Origin: Klebsormidium nitens
Lineage: Eukaryota > Plantae > Klebsormidiophyceae
Assembly: GCA_000708835.1 (NCBI GenBank)
Contig: DF237407.1
Location: forward strand, 7,077 to 71,076
DNA length: 64,000 nt
Direction: 5' to 3'
Of this stretch, positions 19,001-31,679 are shown piece after piece; within the stretch, counting starts at the first letter, position 1, and each line of letters opens with the position of its first letter. The notes under the pieces were generated by a model. That model did no database searches and had not been told where the DNA came from. It worked only from the letters and a program-made list of their open reading frames with translations. The position numbers were made by a program, and so were the translations under genes.

Positions 19001-22000
19001 TTTATGTATCCCAACAGCCATGTGCCCTAAATCCATAGACCCCACGCAAAGTTCCTAACCCAGATCTTTGCGCACTCCGCACCCCAACTCACCCAAACCT
19101 CCACGCTGACCCCAAACGTCAAATTGGTTTTAAGGCACGCTGCTCCCAAGTGATCTAGATTTACCCAACTGAGAATCCGTCCTGGTTCAGGTACGGCTAC
19201 GATTGGCAGTACTCGGAAGCTGCTAAGAACTTGCTGCGCACGCACACGACCGCCGTCTCCTCCCGGATGCTCTACAAGCTCGCGCAGGCAAGGGCACGTC
19301 CGGATGTCCTTCGTAACCGTGTGTGGTCGTGCTTGCAGTCAGCTCATGCGTCAAAGTTGTCAACATGGTTGTAGGATGCGACCATATTCCTCTATGTTGT
19401 ATCCTATGTAAAGTCTCCGTTCGTGTGACTAAGTTTAGTAAGACCTCAGTTGCAATCAGCCTGTAAAGCAAGTTGAGACTGTGAACTTGACTGAGACTAC
19501 GTGGCGGGCGCATTGATGTCCTACATGCTTCTTTCCGGCAGAACAGCTTTTAGCCTGGAGTAGTGCTTCACCAAACCACGCCTTCCTGGTGCAGCGTCCA
19601 ACATAATTCTCCGCTTTTCCAATCTTTTCTTCTTTGGCATGAGATATGGAAGACAGAAACATTCCTACCAAATCTTCAGCTTAGACGTCACTTTCTGGCA
19701 GACCGCGTCTTTCCGAGTGTCCTCTGGGGTCGCTCTTAGAAGGTCTATCCCCCTTTGAAACAAAAGATATTTTCGTTCCCCGCTCTGTAGTCGCTCTCCA
19801 GAAGGTGATTCCCAGCAGACTCCATCGACCAGACGTGTCTTACAGAGTTCCACCAACTCAGGGACTCTACTCATCACTAGATTTTTTCTGGTAACAGGAC
19901 GGCTTCAAGCCTAAAAAGTACTTCTCAATAGACCGCGTGTTCCGAAACGAAGCCGTCGACCGGACGCATCTGGCGGAGTTCCACCAGATCGAGGGGCTCA
20001 TCTGCGACCGGGGAGTCACGCTAGGCGACCTTCTAGGGACCATAGAACAGTTCTTCAGCCGGCTAGGTAGGTGTTGGGGGTTTCGTGGTTCAAGGTCTTC
20101 GGTGTTTCGTTGTATGTGTCGTGGGTTGGGTCGTGTGGATTTCCATTGGCTTCGTAAAGTTGACTCTTTCCTACGTCAAAATTTCTAGATGGAGAGTTGT
20201 GCTTCGATCACTGCAGTCTTTGGTTCCTTGGAGTAGGTAAGCGGTGGAGATCTGTTCAGGTCGCTTGAGTTCAGAATATTTTGTCAAGGCTCACCAACCA
20301 GGAACCTGACTGGTTCTTGACCGACTGGCCCTCTTTAGACCAGTTTCTTGAGCTATTGAGTAGGTAGTCGTGCTCGAGTAGAGGTCGTGGCGCTTTTTTT
20401 GTCTGGGTGCTTTTCTGTTCGGTTGGGTTGCAGGGCCATGCTTAACCGCTGCCTTGTTTCAGCCGTGCAGCAGATTGTTGAATCTGTCCATATCGATTGT
20501 GTGAAAGCGCAGACTTTCCGCTGTAAGCTATCATCAATCCAAGATCAAGATTGTTGAGGTGCACAGATGCACACTCCACAATGGTCCGGCCGCCTTCAGA
20601 AGAGAGCAGCAGTTTGCAAAGACCAGTAGCGGTGATGTTTGCAGAGGGATTGATCCCTCTCGGATCGACCGCTGAACCGCTGTCAGTCGCTGAGCGCAGC
20701 TTTGTTTGGTTGCAGGAATGAACGAGATTCGCTTCAAGCCCGCATTCAACCCCTACACGGAACCATCCGCCGAGATCTTCGGGTGAGTTTACCCGCTGTC
20801 TTGGTTACGATTACTTGGGGACTGGACCCGTTTTGGCAGCAGCTTGGTTGCTGGATGAGTGAGCTGTCGGGCGGACTGCGGGTGGTGCAGAACGGCCTTT
20901 TTCATATTGATCCCTAAAGCGGGGATGGACCGTCTTGCTTTCCCTAGGGTCCTTGCTCCCCTCTTAATGGGGTCTCAACACACCATCAGTCAATTCGAAA
21001 GTGCAAAGCCTTTCAGGCTTCCCTGATCAGGCTCTCGCCGACTTGTGCGATGCCAATGTTGAACCAAGATTTATCCTTCCGCAATCGGCCTCTTGACGAA
21101 GGCACCCTTTTTCCTTCATGACGTAATCTCCCCAGCCGAGAAATGGGTCAAGCTGGGCAATAGCAAGACGTTTCAACCGAGATGCGATTTTCCTTTGACT
21201 GACGTCATCTCTTCCCATGCTGGCGTCACCAGGTACCACCTGCAGCTCAAGAAGTGGGTTGAGCTTGGGAACAGCGAAACGTTCTGGCCCAAATAATATT
21301 CCCTTGACTGACGTCATCTTCCCACATGCTGACGGTACTCGGTCTCACCCGCAGCTGAAGNNNNNNNNNNNNNNNNNNNNNNNNNNNNNNNNNNNNNNNN
21401 NNNNNNNNNNNNNNNNNNNNNNNNNNNNNNNNNNNNNNNNNNNNNNNNNNNNNNNNNNNNNNNNNNNNNNNNNNNNNNNNNNNNNNNNNNNNNNNNNNNN
21501 NNNNNNNNNNNNNNNNNNNNNNNNNNNNNNNNNNNNNNNNNNNNNNNNNNNNNNNNNNNNNNNNNNNNNNNNNNNNNNCTTATGTTTTTTGTTTCACGTC
21601 ACCTCTGCCTTTTACTTTGACTGACGTCACTTCCACCCATGCTGACGTCATCAGGTACCACCCGCAGCTGAAGAAGTGGGTCGAGCTGGGGAACAGCGGG
21701 ATGTTCCGGCCCGAGATGCTGCAGCCAATGGGCCTTCCCCCGGACGTCAACGTCATTGCGTGGGGCTTTGGCCTTGAAAGGTGAGCAACAAAGATTCTGG
21801 CATTGTTTGCTTGAACCGACAGTCGCTCAAACCAAGATCTGAGTGACTGAAACCACTGCACGAAATACTGAAGCGCTCCGTACCCGAATCCACCCTGACC
21901 ATCAAACCAACCCCTCCTGTTCCCCGGGGGCCTTTCTTTGCTTACCTTCTTGATACTAAGTAGACGCACTCAAGCATGCCAGATACGCTTTTTCCAGAAT

Positions 22001-23412
22001 CAATCTTAGTTCAAGCGCCTGTTGGATCACCGGAACGGTGTCAGACTGCAATAAAGCCCGCAAAGCACGTGCAATGCTGGCCGGATTTAGCGTTGCTGCG
22101 AGGAGGCGGCACAGGGTTTACTGACTTGCTTTGGGCAGTCAACGGCCGCTTGCAAATTGAAGTTGCCCAGTAAGCGCCTCCTTGTAACGTACTCATATGG
22201 ATCCGGTAAGATTGCAGTTTTGATTTTAGTGAGCTTGCTTCCTCACGACCATATCCGACTAATTCAAAGTACGTGCATATGGCCAACGAGTGCTGCTCCT
22301 TACGACCAACTCTGAAATCTGTTACTGCAACTTCGAACTCCTTCACCCGCAGGTTACTCCAAGGCACAGTGAATTGGAAGTTCATGAAAGCTCTGTTTTC
22401 TTTCGATATTCGTCGGCCTGTATGATCCAAAGGGTATGCTGCCAGACTCGTAAAACCGTACTGCCTAAGTTGACGCTCAAGTGCATCTCCTCTGGCAGGC
22501 CGACCATGATCCTCTACAACATCGACAACATCCGGGACCTTTTCGGACATAAGGTGAGAGGCATGATTCTGCAGATTTCTACTTCGAACTTCATATCTGA
22601 ACGTACTCATCACTGTCACTCTCTTTCGCTACTTCAAAATTAGCAGAAACTAAATGGTTGGTGCCTTTGATCACTTGTGTCCCCCCTCGTGTGCGGAAGA
22701 ATGAAGACGGGTTTACATTGCTCTACTTAGTGAGTAGTCCCGCATGATCCTTTTCGGCTGTTCGTAAGCTCAGGTGCCTCTGCGAACCAGTCCAACATAG
22801 TTTGACAGCAGGTGTCAACATTTAAGCAAGTTTGGCATCTCGTGTTTGTCTATCCTGAAAGTGGGCGTAGGACATGCATGTCCACTTTCCCCGATCTATA
22901 GCGCAGAGAGTCCAAAATTGCCGTACTTCCGATCTGGTCCGTCCAAAAAGAGACGCAGACTCACTAGTTTGCATTTCTCGAGCTTTCAAATCCGACGCCC
23001 ACTTTAAATTGGAAAGCGAAGAAAGCAGACAATCGAGAGGTAAACGTGCAGCTTTTTTCTGTAACGGCTTCTCAATTGGTGGAGTCTTCGTAAGAAGAAC
23101 GGCTCTTGACTTTCAAGGTCAGCGTAGATCTTTCGAAGGTTGTATCTGGTGGCGAGATTAAAAGTCCTCTCTTAGATGCCGCACATCAGCTTTTTTGAAG
23201 TCAACGGAGAAGCAGTTTTAGTGGAAGGTTCAAAACGCTGAACTGTCATCTCTGCAATCTACCCAAAGTCTTGAAGGACACGAGCGTTCAATATCTCCGC
23301 AAGCTTCTGGTATCATTCCGTTTGTACCCTTTTGGTACTAACGGTTTGCCTCTGGTTACAGGTAAACCTGAACGTGATCCGCTCCAATCCAATCTGCCGG
23401 TTAGGCTACTAG
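13055..23412 (+). CDS. FARSA: Cytosolic phenylalanyl-tRNA synthetase alpha subunit, 17 exons, ~520 aa
   Basis: Exons 13055-13219, 13738-13863, 14624-14794, 14990-15046, 15434-15489, 16008-16100, 16718-16808, 17193-17230, 17595-17633, 17985-18061, 18421-18505, 19191-19287, 19898-20066, 20716-20782, 21655-21780, 22499-22553, 23362-23412 splice in frame. Motifs: [120 protein letters not shown]. Confidence 0.97.
19288..19897 (+). other. GC-AG intron in PheRS-alpha
   Basis: Exon 19191-19287 ends ...CTC GCG CAG|GCAAGG. Joining to 19898 (TAACAG|GAC GGC) gives [17 protein letters not shown] in phase 0, matching the conserved family sequence. Confidence 0.8.
21105..21654 (+). repeat. Tandem echoes of the acceptor plus 5' end of PheRS exon 21655-21780, interrupted by an assembly gap
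   Basis: Units of TGACTGACGTCA...CCATGCTG...+ [14 protein letters not shown]-like sequence at ~21115-21180, ~21195-21295 and ~21300-21360. The gap follows, then the live unit. Confidence 0.88.
21361..21579. other. Assembly gap (219 N)
   Basis: Run of n from 21361 to 21579. Confidence 1.
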
Positions 23413-25714
23413 TATTGCGGCTTCTAAGGGAGATAAGCCGGGGTCAGGAAAGAAGGGTTGTCTATGCTGAATCAGGAGCAGAACGACAGAGTCTTATGCT
23501 ACTGCTGAAGCTACAAGTTTCGCTACGAGGTGTCTCAGAATGCCATGCGCAGCCGTCGAGAGCTTGCCGAGTTCAGGGTTTCACTGGCGGTAGGCAATAA
23601 ACCAGGACCGACGAGTCTTGCAAAGGTCAATGCATTGGTACGTGCTCGTCGGCTTGGAGTGTACGGCTGTTCAAAGATCGATCAATCGGACTCACCTTCG
23701 TTTGAAGGCCAATGAAAGTCGGCCATTGTTTGTTTCAATGCGCATGCGGCTCCAATGCGAGCATGTCACCACACAGGGTACTAAGTAAGTATGTTCCGAG
23801 GTTCAATGGATATTGGCTCAGTTGAAGATTGGGCGAGGAAAAGCCTGGCAGTGATGCTGGCCTAGTCTGGCACTAGTAATGATTGTATATTATGGTCGAA
23901 TTAACAAACGGTGCGTTGTGGTGATCATCTTGGGTCCAAAGTCCAACAGTTACGGCAATCGTGTAAGGCCACTGCAGCTCAATCACCCTACGTACCAGGG
24001 CGGTATTGTTGATCAGCTTATGTCCGCGCGACGGCGAGCAATGATGCATGACGTGAAGCTCGTTCTTCGATTGCCGGTGATGGAAAGCTCAATATCGAGC
24101 AGTACGCGGTCTTGGCGGCGTCCGCATGCATCTTCGGCCCAGCCATTCTTTTCTAGTAGGCTGTGCATATCTTAAAATGATGACCCTCTTAGTACGGATG
24201 TAACCGGCCGGACGGTTGCCTGGCAATATGTACATGGATCTATGTACATAGATAGCTGGATTCAGCAATATCTTAATGCAAAGTCGATTATAAGGTACTA
24301 CCGTACCAACAGGCTTTGAACATGCAAGAACTCATGAGGATCCAAGCGCATATATCACTCAGATTGATGACTGGCGCTAGATATGTGCAGTGTCGGGCCG
24401 GGAGGCGGGCACGCCTGGCATTACGCACTCTTTAGATTAACAATTGGAAGTCAGCTATAGGTACATAATTCTGCGACGGTGACGTTTATGCAACGCTCGA
24501 CGGTCATGGTCTATACATATACGGTATCTTGTTATGCAAATTTGAATGATCATCAGTGGTAAGTTCTTTTGAGTGTGCGACGGTCTTTGGCTTCGCACAT
24601 AATCGGACTACCTACTACTAGCCTCGTGCGCACTGAGCTTGTTTTTTGAAATTTGAAGGCCTCAGTATACTTCAATGGTAATGGTACTAAAAAGTTGATA
24701 CAATAGGACGTCACACTCAGCTTCGCCGGCACGGCCGCTCGCGGGTCAATCGCTGAGTCCATCGGAGCTAGTCCCGGGCCCGTCAGATGATCGCCAGCGG
24801 CGGCCGGCCAGCCTACCGTGAACTTGTCTCGATTTCATGTTGACAAATTGGGAGGGCGCCCGGGGGACAGGTAAGGTTGGTTTGGAGGTTAGGGAGGGTA
24901 CGAGTGAGGAGCTTGTCAATTTTGGGTTAAAATGTTTTAGCTTTGTTTGGTCCCCGAGCACTGTTCTTAATCAACATGCTCTTCTCAAAATGAAATTGAG
25001 AAGTACCGGTACGTGTCTACCGTGACCATGACGGCCGACTCCCGACTCCCGAGTCCCGACGCTCGGAACAAATTCAAAGGACCAGACCGGCGGCGGCGGG
25101 TATCTCTCGATGTAGTGATGATTGATCAGTAAGCCCAGTGAACAGTAATCATTTTGGGGCTACTAAAATTCCTAACCCAAAGGATCACCCGCTCCGCACC
25201 CGTACCCACCCTAACCCCCTAGCTAACCCTACCCGTCTCCGTTAGTGTTCACTGGCTGTTGCTGTTCACTACATCGATCGGGATCGGCGGGAGACCGATC
25301 GGGATCAGTGCTAAGTAATCATTGAGATGTTGATACAACAATTACCATGACAAAACCGCTAATCACGCCGCGGCGAGCGGATCAGGCCTGCGGAGCCGCT
25401 ACTGCCCTTTCGGTACGCCGTACGCTACGGTTGTTCGTCGTTTAACTGCTCTGTCGGAATTCGAGTCAGGATTCAGGATATGGTCAGGTCCGCTAGGACT
25501 CAGGACATGTTTAACTTCAACCTTCTGTGGGATAGGAGTCAGGACACCAGTTTTCTGGCGTTGTCGAAAACGACAAAGAACCTTTCGATGGCAACAGCCT
25601 TCGATGCGAAATGTCGGATGTGTCAGCACTCAGGAGTCAGGACTCTGCAGCGCCGTCCAGGCTCCTCCGCCGCCGGTCCTACCGTAGCCTGTAGGGCAAA
25701 ATCGCCTTCCGGCT

Positions 25715-25980
25715 GTGCAGTGTGCAGTGTGCAGTGTGCATCAAATGCATTTGATGCCGGAATCTGGAGATTCAGGTACTGTACCTACGTCCCTATTTAA
25801 TGTACCGTAATAAACCGTATACCGGTACGGTAATGTTTCACAAGCATATTCAGGCCCTTAATTTTTAATTTCAGGGTACGTACTACCCGGTATGGGACCC
25901 GGCCCCCGGGTACAGTGAAAACAATCTGAAGTACCGGTACGTACCTACTTCGAAAATTTGTCGGATGTCCATCCGACGAT
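25715..25980. promoter_or_regulatory. Palindrome-dense block with a GTAC cluster upstream of the expansin-like gene
   Basis: (CAGTGTG)n microsatellite; perfect 20-bp palindrome GCATCAAATGCATTTGATGC (25738-25757); 10 GTAC in 25776-25944; hairpin GTCGGATG-TC-CATCCGAC (25960-25977). The regulatory role is inferred only. Confidence 0.4.
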
Positions 25981-26329
25981 TTCCAATCTGTGGCTTTCAG
26001 CGGCGGCAGCATTCAGCCTTCAAAGTTCAGGCCACGATCCAACAGATCCTGACATGGCAACATGTATGGTATCATCATGGCAACATGCTTCGGTAGCTGT
26101 GCGTCCCATACCAGTCCCTTCACGAATCTGTCAGCTGGGTCCTGATCACTAGTGCCAGCTCAGTACCTAGTATACCTAGATGTGATTGCACTGATTCCAA
26201 TGTACCGGCACCGTAGCTTCTGCCCATCTCCTCAAAAGGAGCTCAAGATCGCCCTACTTTTCATAATTTCTGTATCGTTCTTCTTTGCTTCCTTTACGGC
26301 CTCTTTACGGCCCATCCCTCAGGTTCTCA

Positions 26330-29300
26330 ATGGCGGCGAGTCAGCTCCTCACCTCCGCCCTCCTGGCCCTCTGCCTCGTATCCGCCGCTGTTGCTACCCG
26401 TGACATCATCACCGATGCAGTCGACTCACAGGGCTCTCAAACGGTCCCTGTAGCTGTCTTCAACGAGGCATTGCACTCGTTTGAGTTCTTCAATGAGACT
26501 GTGGAGGCGCCCCGCAGGAAGGCTCTGGGCCTTGGTCAAAGCGCACGGGTCACGGTGACCTTCTACAACCAGCCCGGCATGGATTGCGAAACAGGTAAGC
26601 CTTCTGCTCTGAAGCCTAACTCAGGCTTCATCAATCTGTAGCTGATCAGTATACATGGTGTATATTGATTAGCTGCTTGCATAGGTCTGCCTCTGATGCT
26701 GCCAGGACTGCACAGATTGGTAACATATGTTGGTTCATTAAGAAAAGTAGGAGTGTGCAGGATTGGAGGGGGGTCTCAAAATGAATGTCCCAGCTCAATG
26801 AGACCAGAATGTAGCTGTCGAGGAGCTTGATCATTCTTCCCTCAGGCTTGAGCACAATGCATCTGCTTCCAGTATGTCCTCTTGTTTGTAGATCTTACAT
26901 CTTGCCCAGTACGATCCGCCATACGTCCGTGTATAGATGCTGTCATTGGACTACTTGAATCAGTTCTTGCATTGGGCGGGTGAAGACTTGCTGCCACCGA
27001 ATGAAACGTATTGTCCCATTGTGTGCTGCCTGCTTGATCAGGCTGCAAAGGTTGAACCAGCTTGCATTGTGCCTTCCATGCTGCTGTATTGTTAGTAATG
27101 GATCAAAGTCTCTTGCCCTTTTCAGGCAATGGGCAGTGCGGGTACGGCAATGACGTCACCGGCGACGCCTACGGAAATGGCGGTCCTTTCCTGGAGACAT
27201 CTCTCTGTAAGTTGAAATTCCAATACGGCTCTTATATCATCTGCCTCGCACTGATTGCTCCTATATTCAATCGGATCTGCTAAGTGCTCAACATAAGCTG
27301 CCCAATACTAGCTTCTCTGGTTTTCAAATTGAGGGAAGACAGGGGTCAGCTGCCTCTCAGGCACTTTCTATGTAAGCTGCTGACGCCTCTGAGCTGTCTG
27401 TAGACACCAATTAAAAGAATGCAAGATCGTGTGGTGGCCTTTTAAGCATGTGCCCTCATTAGATACTGGCAGCACGGATTGACCCAGCCTACTTGTATAG
27501 GCTATCTATGCATAGATTTGACGATGGCACAGATCCCTATGAGCAATCAGTCTATGCACACCTCAACATCTTTCCAGTGGCTTGCATCTCTCGGATATCC
27601 AGTAGAATACAGGGCTCACAAAAAGCTTGACTCTGAGAATGGAGAACCTTAAAAACCTTGCTAAATCTGAATCAATCAGTGCCTCCACGCGTGCAGACCC
27701 GTACCACGCTGCATCCGGCAACTACGACTACCTCGGCGGCTGCGGATCGTGCGGCGTCCTCAGCTACAACGGCAAGTCACGTGGCTTCGTTATCACTGAC
27801 ATCACCGATGACGACTCCCAGCAGGGCAGGGATCACCACATCGACCTGTGCCTTGGGTCCTTCAACTACTTCACTAACGGCGCTGCGGGAAACGGTGGTC
27901 ACGGGGGTATCTTCTCGGGCACGTGGACCAGAGTGGACTGCTCGTGCATGGGCGCACCCAGTAAGACACCGTAGCCTGGCTACTGCTTACAAGACTTTAC
28001 TGAGTATCACTAAGATCTTTCCTTCAGTCTTCCAAGTTCACTAAGGTCTTTCTTCTGAGTCTTCTAATCCTACTGAGGTCTTTTCTTCTAAGTCTACTCA
28101 GGCCTTCTCTTCTAAGTCCTCTGAGTCTCACTAAGGCCTTTTCTTCCGAGTCTTCCAAGTCTACTACAGTCTTTTCTTCGAAGTCTACCATGTTTTACTA
28201 AGGTCTTGTCTTGAGAGTCATTCAAGTCTACTAGGTCTTACTAAGGCCCTTTCTTGCCTGCAAAACTCGACGAATCTCTTTGCGGCAGGACTGGCCTCGC
28301 ACGCCCTCACTACTCCCCTTGACGAAGCTTCAAGCTGTTTCAGGATCTCTTGAGTACCTCTCCCAGTTGCCCGCATAGCTGGAATCTTCTTGCGCAGATT
28401 AGCGTCATGTTGTCATATGTCGTCATACGGAACAAATCACCCCCTCACCTTGTTCTCGACCCCAGGTTGTAAATCACTATCAACCGAAACCTCCTCTCTT
28501 TCAGATCAGCGCTGGACTAGATCCTCACTGCCATTAATGTTCAAAGTTACTTGGATCAAGTTCTGATTTGTAGCGCATGTGCCCTTGCAGACTACCCCGA
28601 CAGTGCCATCGTCGTCCGCACCCAAGTCTACAACCAGTGGGCGCAGGCTGTGGTCATCTCTCGGCTTGGTGGTGTTGGGGAAATCGCCAGTGTCAACTTC
28701 AGGACCCGCAACGGCGGCTTCACTCGCGGTGCCCGGGTGAACGGGTAAGGCGCCTGTTTCTTTTGCTTTCTTCTTTTGATTTGCGTTCTTTGTTCTCTTT
28801 GTCTTCTTTGTTTTGCTTGCTCGAATGAGCTACGCAAATCGATCGGCAGTGTCAACTTCAGATCACGCAACGGCGGCTTCAATCACGGCGCTCGGGTGAA
28901 CGGGTGGGGCGCCTGGCTGATTTTTGGATTCGCTTTCTTTCCTTTCTTCTTTCTTTATTTTTGTTTTGCTTTATTCAGCTTTGTTTTCAATGCGTATACC
29001 CTAAGTAAAACCGAGCTCGTTAGCTGGAGCATCACTTCGGGACTACTCGCGATAAGATTCTCGGTGAAAGGCATTGACATGTTGAGCCTCCGAGAGCCAC
29101 GAAAGCCATAAGCAGAAAACGTTCGTTCTCTCCTGGCGAGGGCATAAAAAGTGGCAACAGAAAAAAAGATAAGGCGTTAGCCTGCATCGATCTGCTTTTT
29201 CTGTCTGCATCGAGAAGAGAAAGAAAGGGGGCGTTTCTGCTTGCATCCAAAATAAAGAAAAGAGGGGCTTTTCAGAGGGGGTATATCTGCTTGTATCGAT

Positions 29301-29973
29301 AAAAACGGAAGAGGGGCTATTCTGCTTGCATATATAAAAGGACGAAGAGGGGCTATTTTTGCGGCGCGCTTCCGAGTTCTGTTTTAACTGCTTGCATCCA
29401 AAAGAAAGGAAAGATCGGGGCGTTTCTGCTTGCATCTAAAACCGAAGGAAGAGGGGCTTTTTCTGCGGCGCTTAATTTTCCTAGTTCTGCTCGCATCCAA
29501 AAGAACTGAAAGAGGGGCTTGCCTGCTTGCAATAAAAAAAGGGCGTTTCTGCTCGCATCCAAAGGAGAAGAAAGATGGGGATATGTAACAAATGACGTCA
29601 TTTGTACAAGAAGCTGACGCGGACGCAGGTGGGGCGTGTGGTGGATGTTCGTCTCGTGCCTGGCCGCTAAAGCCCTGGTTACCACCCAAGCACGGTTCTT
29701 GGCCGTGTAACCAATTCCTAACGAGCCCATAATCATCCCAGAACCATCCCATAACCATCCATGGTTAAGGACCAAACTACTGTTTGTGGACGCAGGTGGG
29801 GCACGTGGTGGATGCCCACCGAGGGCCTGGCCGGAAAGGGCGGGGTGGACCTTCTCATCACTCTGAAGGACGGCAACTCAATGTCGACCACGGACTACCC
29901 CCTCGCGGACGCCAGTCAGTGGAGAACCGGCGCCATCTACAACATCTACAAAAATGTCCCGGCTGCGTGCTAA
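26330..29973 (+). CDS. Secreted expansin-like protein (DPBB domain + CBM63-like domain), 5 exons, ~313 aa
   Basis: Exons 26330-26594, 27126-27206, 27697-27960, 28591-28744 and 29796-29973 splice in frame. Signal peptide MAASQLLTSALLALCLVSAAVA. Expansin-type motifs: TFY..G..CGYG, GCGSC, HHIDL (HFDL equivalent), WTRVDC, GGVGEIASV, RVNGWGTWW (RNWG.W equivalent). Confidence 0.85.
27985..28250. repeat. Degenerate minisatellite in expansin intron 3
   Basis: Recurring CTAAGGTCTTTCTTCTGAGTCTTCCAAGTCTAC-like unit of roughly 30-40 bp, about 7 copies. Confidence 0.75.
29180..29580. repeat. Degenerate minisatellite in expansin intron 4
   Basis: Recurring CTGCTTGCATCCAAAA...GAAGAGGGGC unit of roughly 35-45 bp, about 9-10 copies. 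Confidence 0.8.
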
Positions 29974-31679
29974 GCGGGGGGCACAGGCGCGTTTTTGGCT
30001 CTTAACCAAGGATAGTTCTGAGCTGGTTGTAGGTCGGTTCGAAAGTGGTTATACGTCCAGAAACCAGACTTGGGCGGTATCATCAGCCTCGGAACAAGGT
30101 TAAATCCGGGTTGATTGTCCGATAACCTAAGGGTCAAGTCCGGTCGCCTAAGCAAACCGACTGGTTTAGTGCCACGATGTCTTGGGGGGGCCGGCCTCTG
30201 CAGTCGCGGGGGAATCACCTTCAGCATTTGTCTTTTACTATCACGCGGAAGCTACGGATTATGTAGACTAGGTTTCCAGTCTGGTGTTGCGTACGTCGAC
30301 CTGTGTCATCCACGGTCTGACGAATTACAAAGACTCGTAGCCAAAGCGCAGCGGCGGGTTTACTTGCGAAGCAGCTAGAAAAGGCAGTGTGACGGAAGGT
30401 AGTGTGACTTCCCCCTAGGCTCTGCAGACGCGGAGTTTGGCTGGGTGAAGGTACTGCAGTACTGTCAAAAGGGCGGGCCAGTCGGTCTTGTCATCTAATT
30501 GTTACGAGCTTGATGTAGTCTAGGGCGCAGCGTATGAAGCGGCTTCCTCTCTGCAGCAGCGGGGTCGGGAAATCAAATTAAATAGGTAATTGCGCTTTCA
30601 AGGAGGGGAGGTCAGTCGGTCTCGCCCACTGACGTTTAATTCCTGAGTAGCTCATTGGTACAAGCAGCTCGGCGCAGAAACCTGTCTTGTTTCTGGAAAC
30701 AATCATTACAGTAGGAGCTTATTTGAAAAGGCTGTAAGTGCTAAGTCAGACAACCTAGCACGGTTGAAAGCAAGTACATTGCCTGTTTGTAGGAACATTT
30801 GCAATGACCGACCATTGACGGACAGACGTCTCTCAATAAGATTCCTGTATTTTTTTGAACACTTACTCGTAGAATCGGAGAAGAAAGTTTGAATCCAAAC
30901 AGCTTTGAGAGACAGAAGTCTCCTCAGTGTCAGGCCTCGATACGTTGTACGTTGACACAGAAAGAACACATTGTACGTCTTTTATTTGATCGACGCCATG
31001 TTTAATTCTCAGTGCCCTCACTTTGCCCTTCGATGGTAACTTCTAGTTTATTAACGCCCTTAGCCGCCATGGCCGTGGAGCACGGTCTTCGGCAGACCCG
31101 GGATAGTTTGTTGACTCTGCAGCTTGCTACGGCTGCAAGTCATTCGATCACTGGTTGCATTTCGCTAAATATCAACATGCTCATGCTGATACCAACGGGG
31201 AGTTTTCACACTGTTGCATTGATATTGTACAAACTCTGATATACTATGAGCTTGTACATCGCCATGCTATGAGCGGATGTTTCTGGACGGTAGGCTCTGT
31301 TTGCGAAGCTCGAGTCACCGTCTGAGTCGGCTGAAAGTTGGGTGGCACAGCTTACGCGATGCACGATCGAAAATATTGAAATTTGTAGAATAGTGAGGTA
31401 GAGTGTACTAGCTTGAGGGGAAACTGCAGACAATCACGAATCACAGGACGCTTCTAGGTAGCGCCGACTGCGCCGCCCCTTTCCCTCGATGCAATCGTAG
31501 AGGAACATTTTGTCAAACTCAACACATGGTATTGAAAATGAAAGGCCGATCCTGAGCCATCTTTTCCATTCTATCCACTCTTAACCGGTTCAACACTTCT
31601 GATCAGGTAACATCTTGACCCTACTCACCGGAACCGCTTCGGTGATAATAGATACCAAGTACAATCACGCAGCGGTCAC

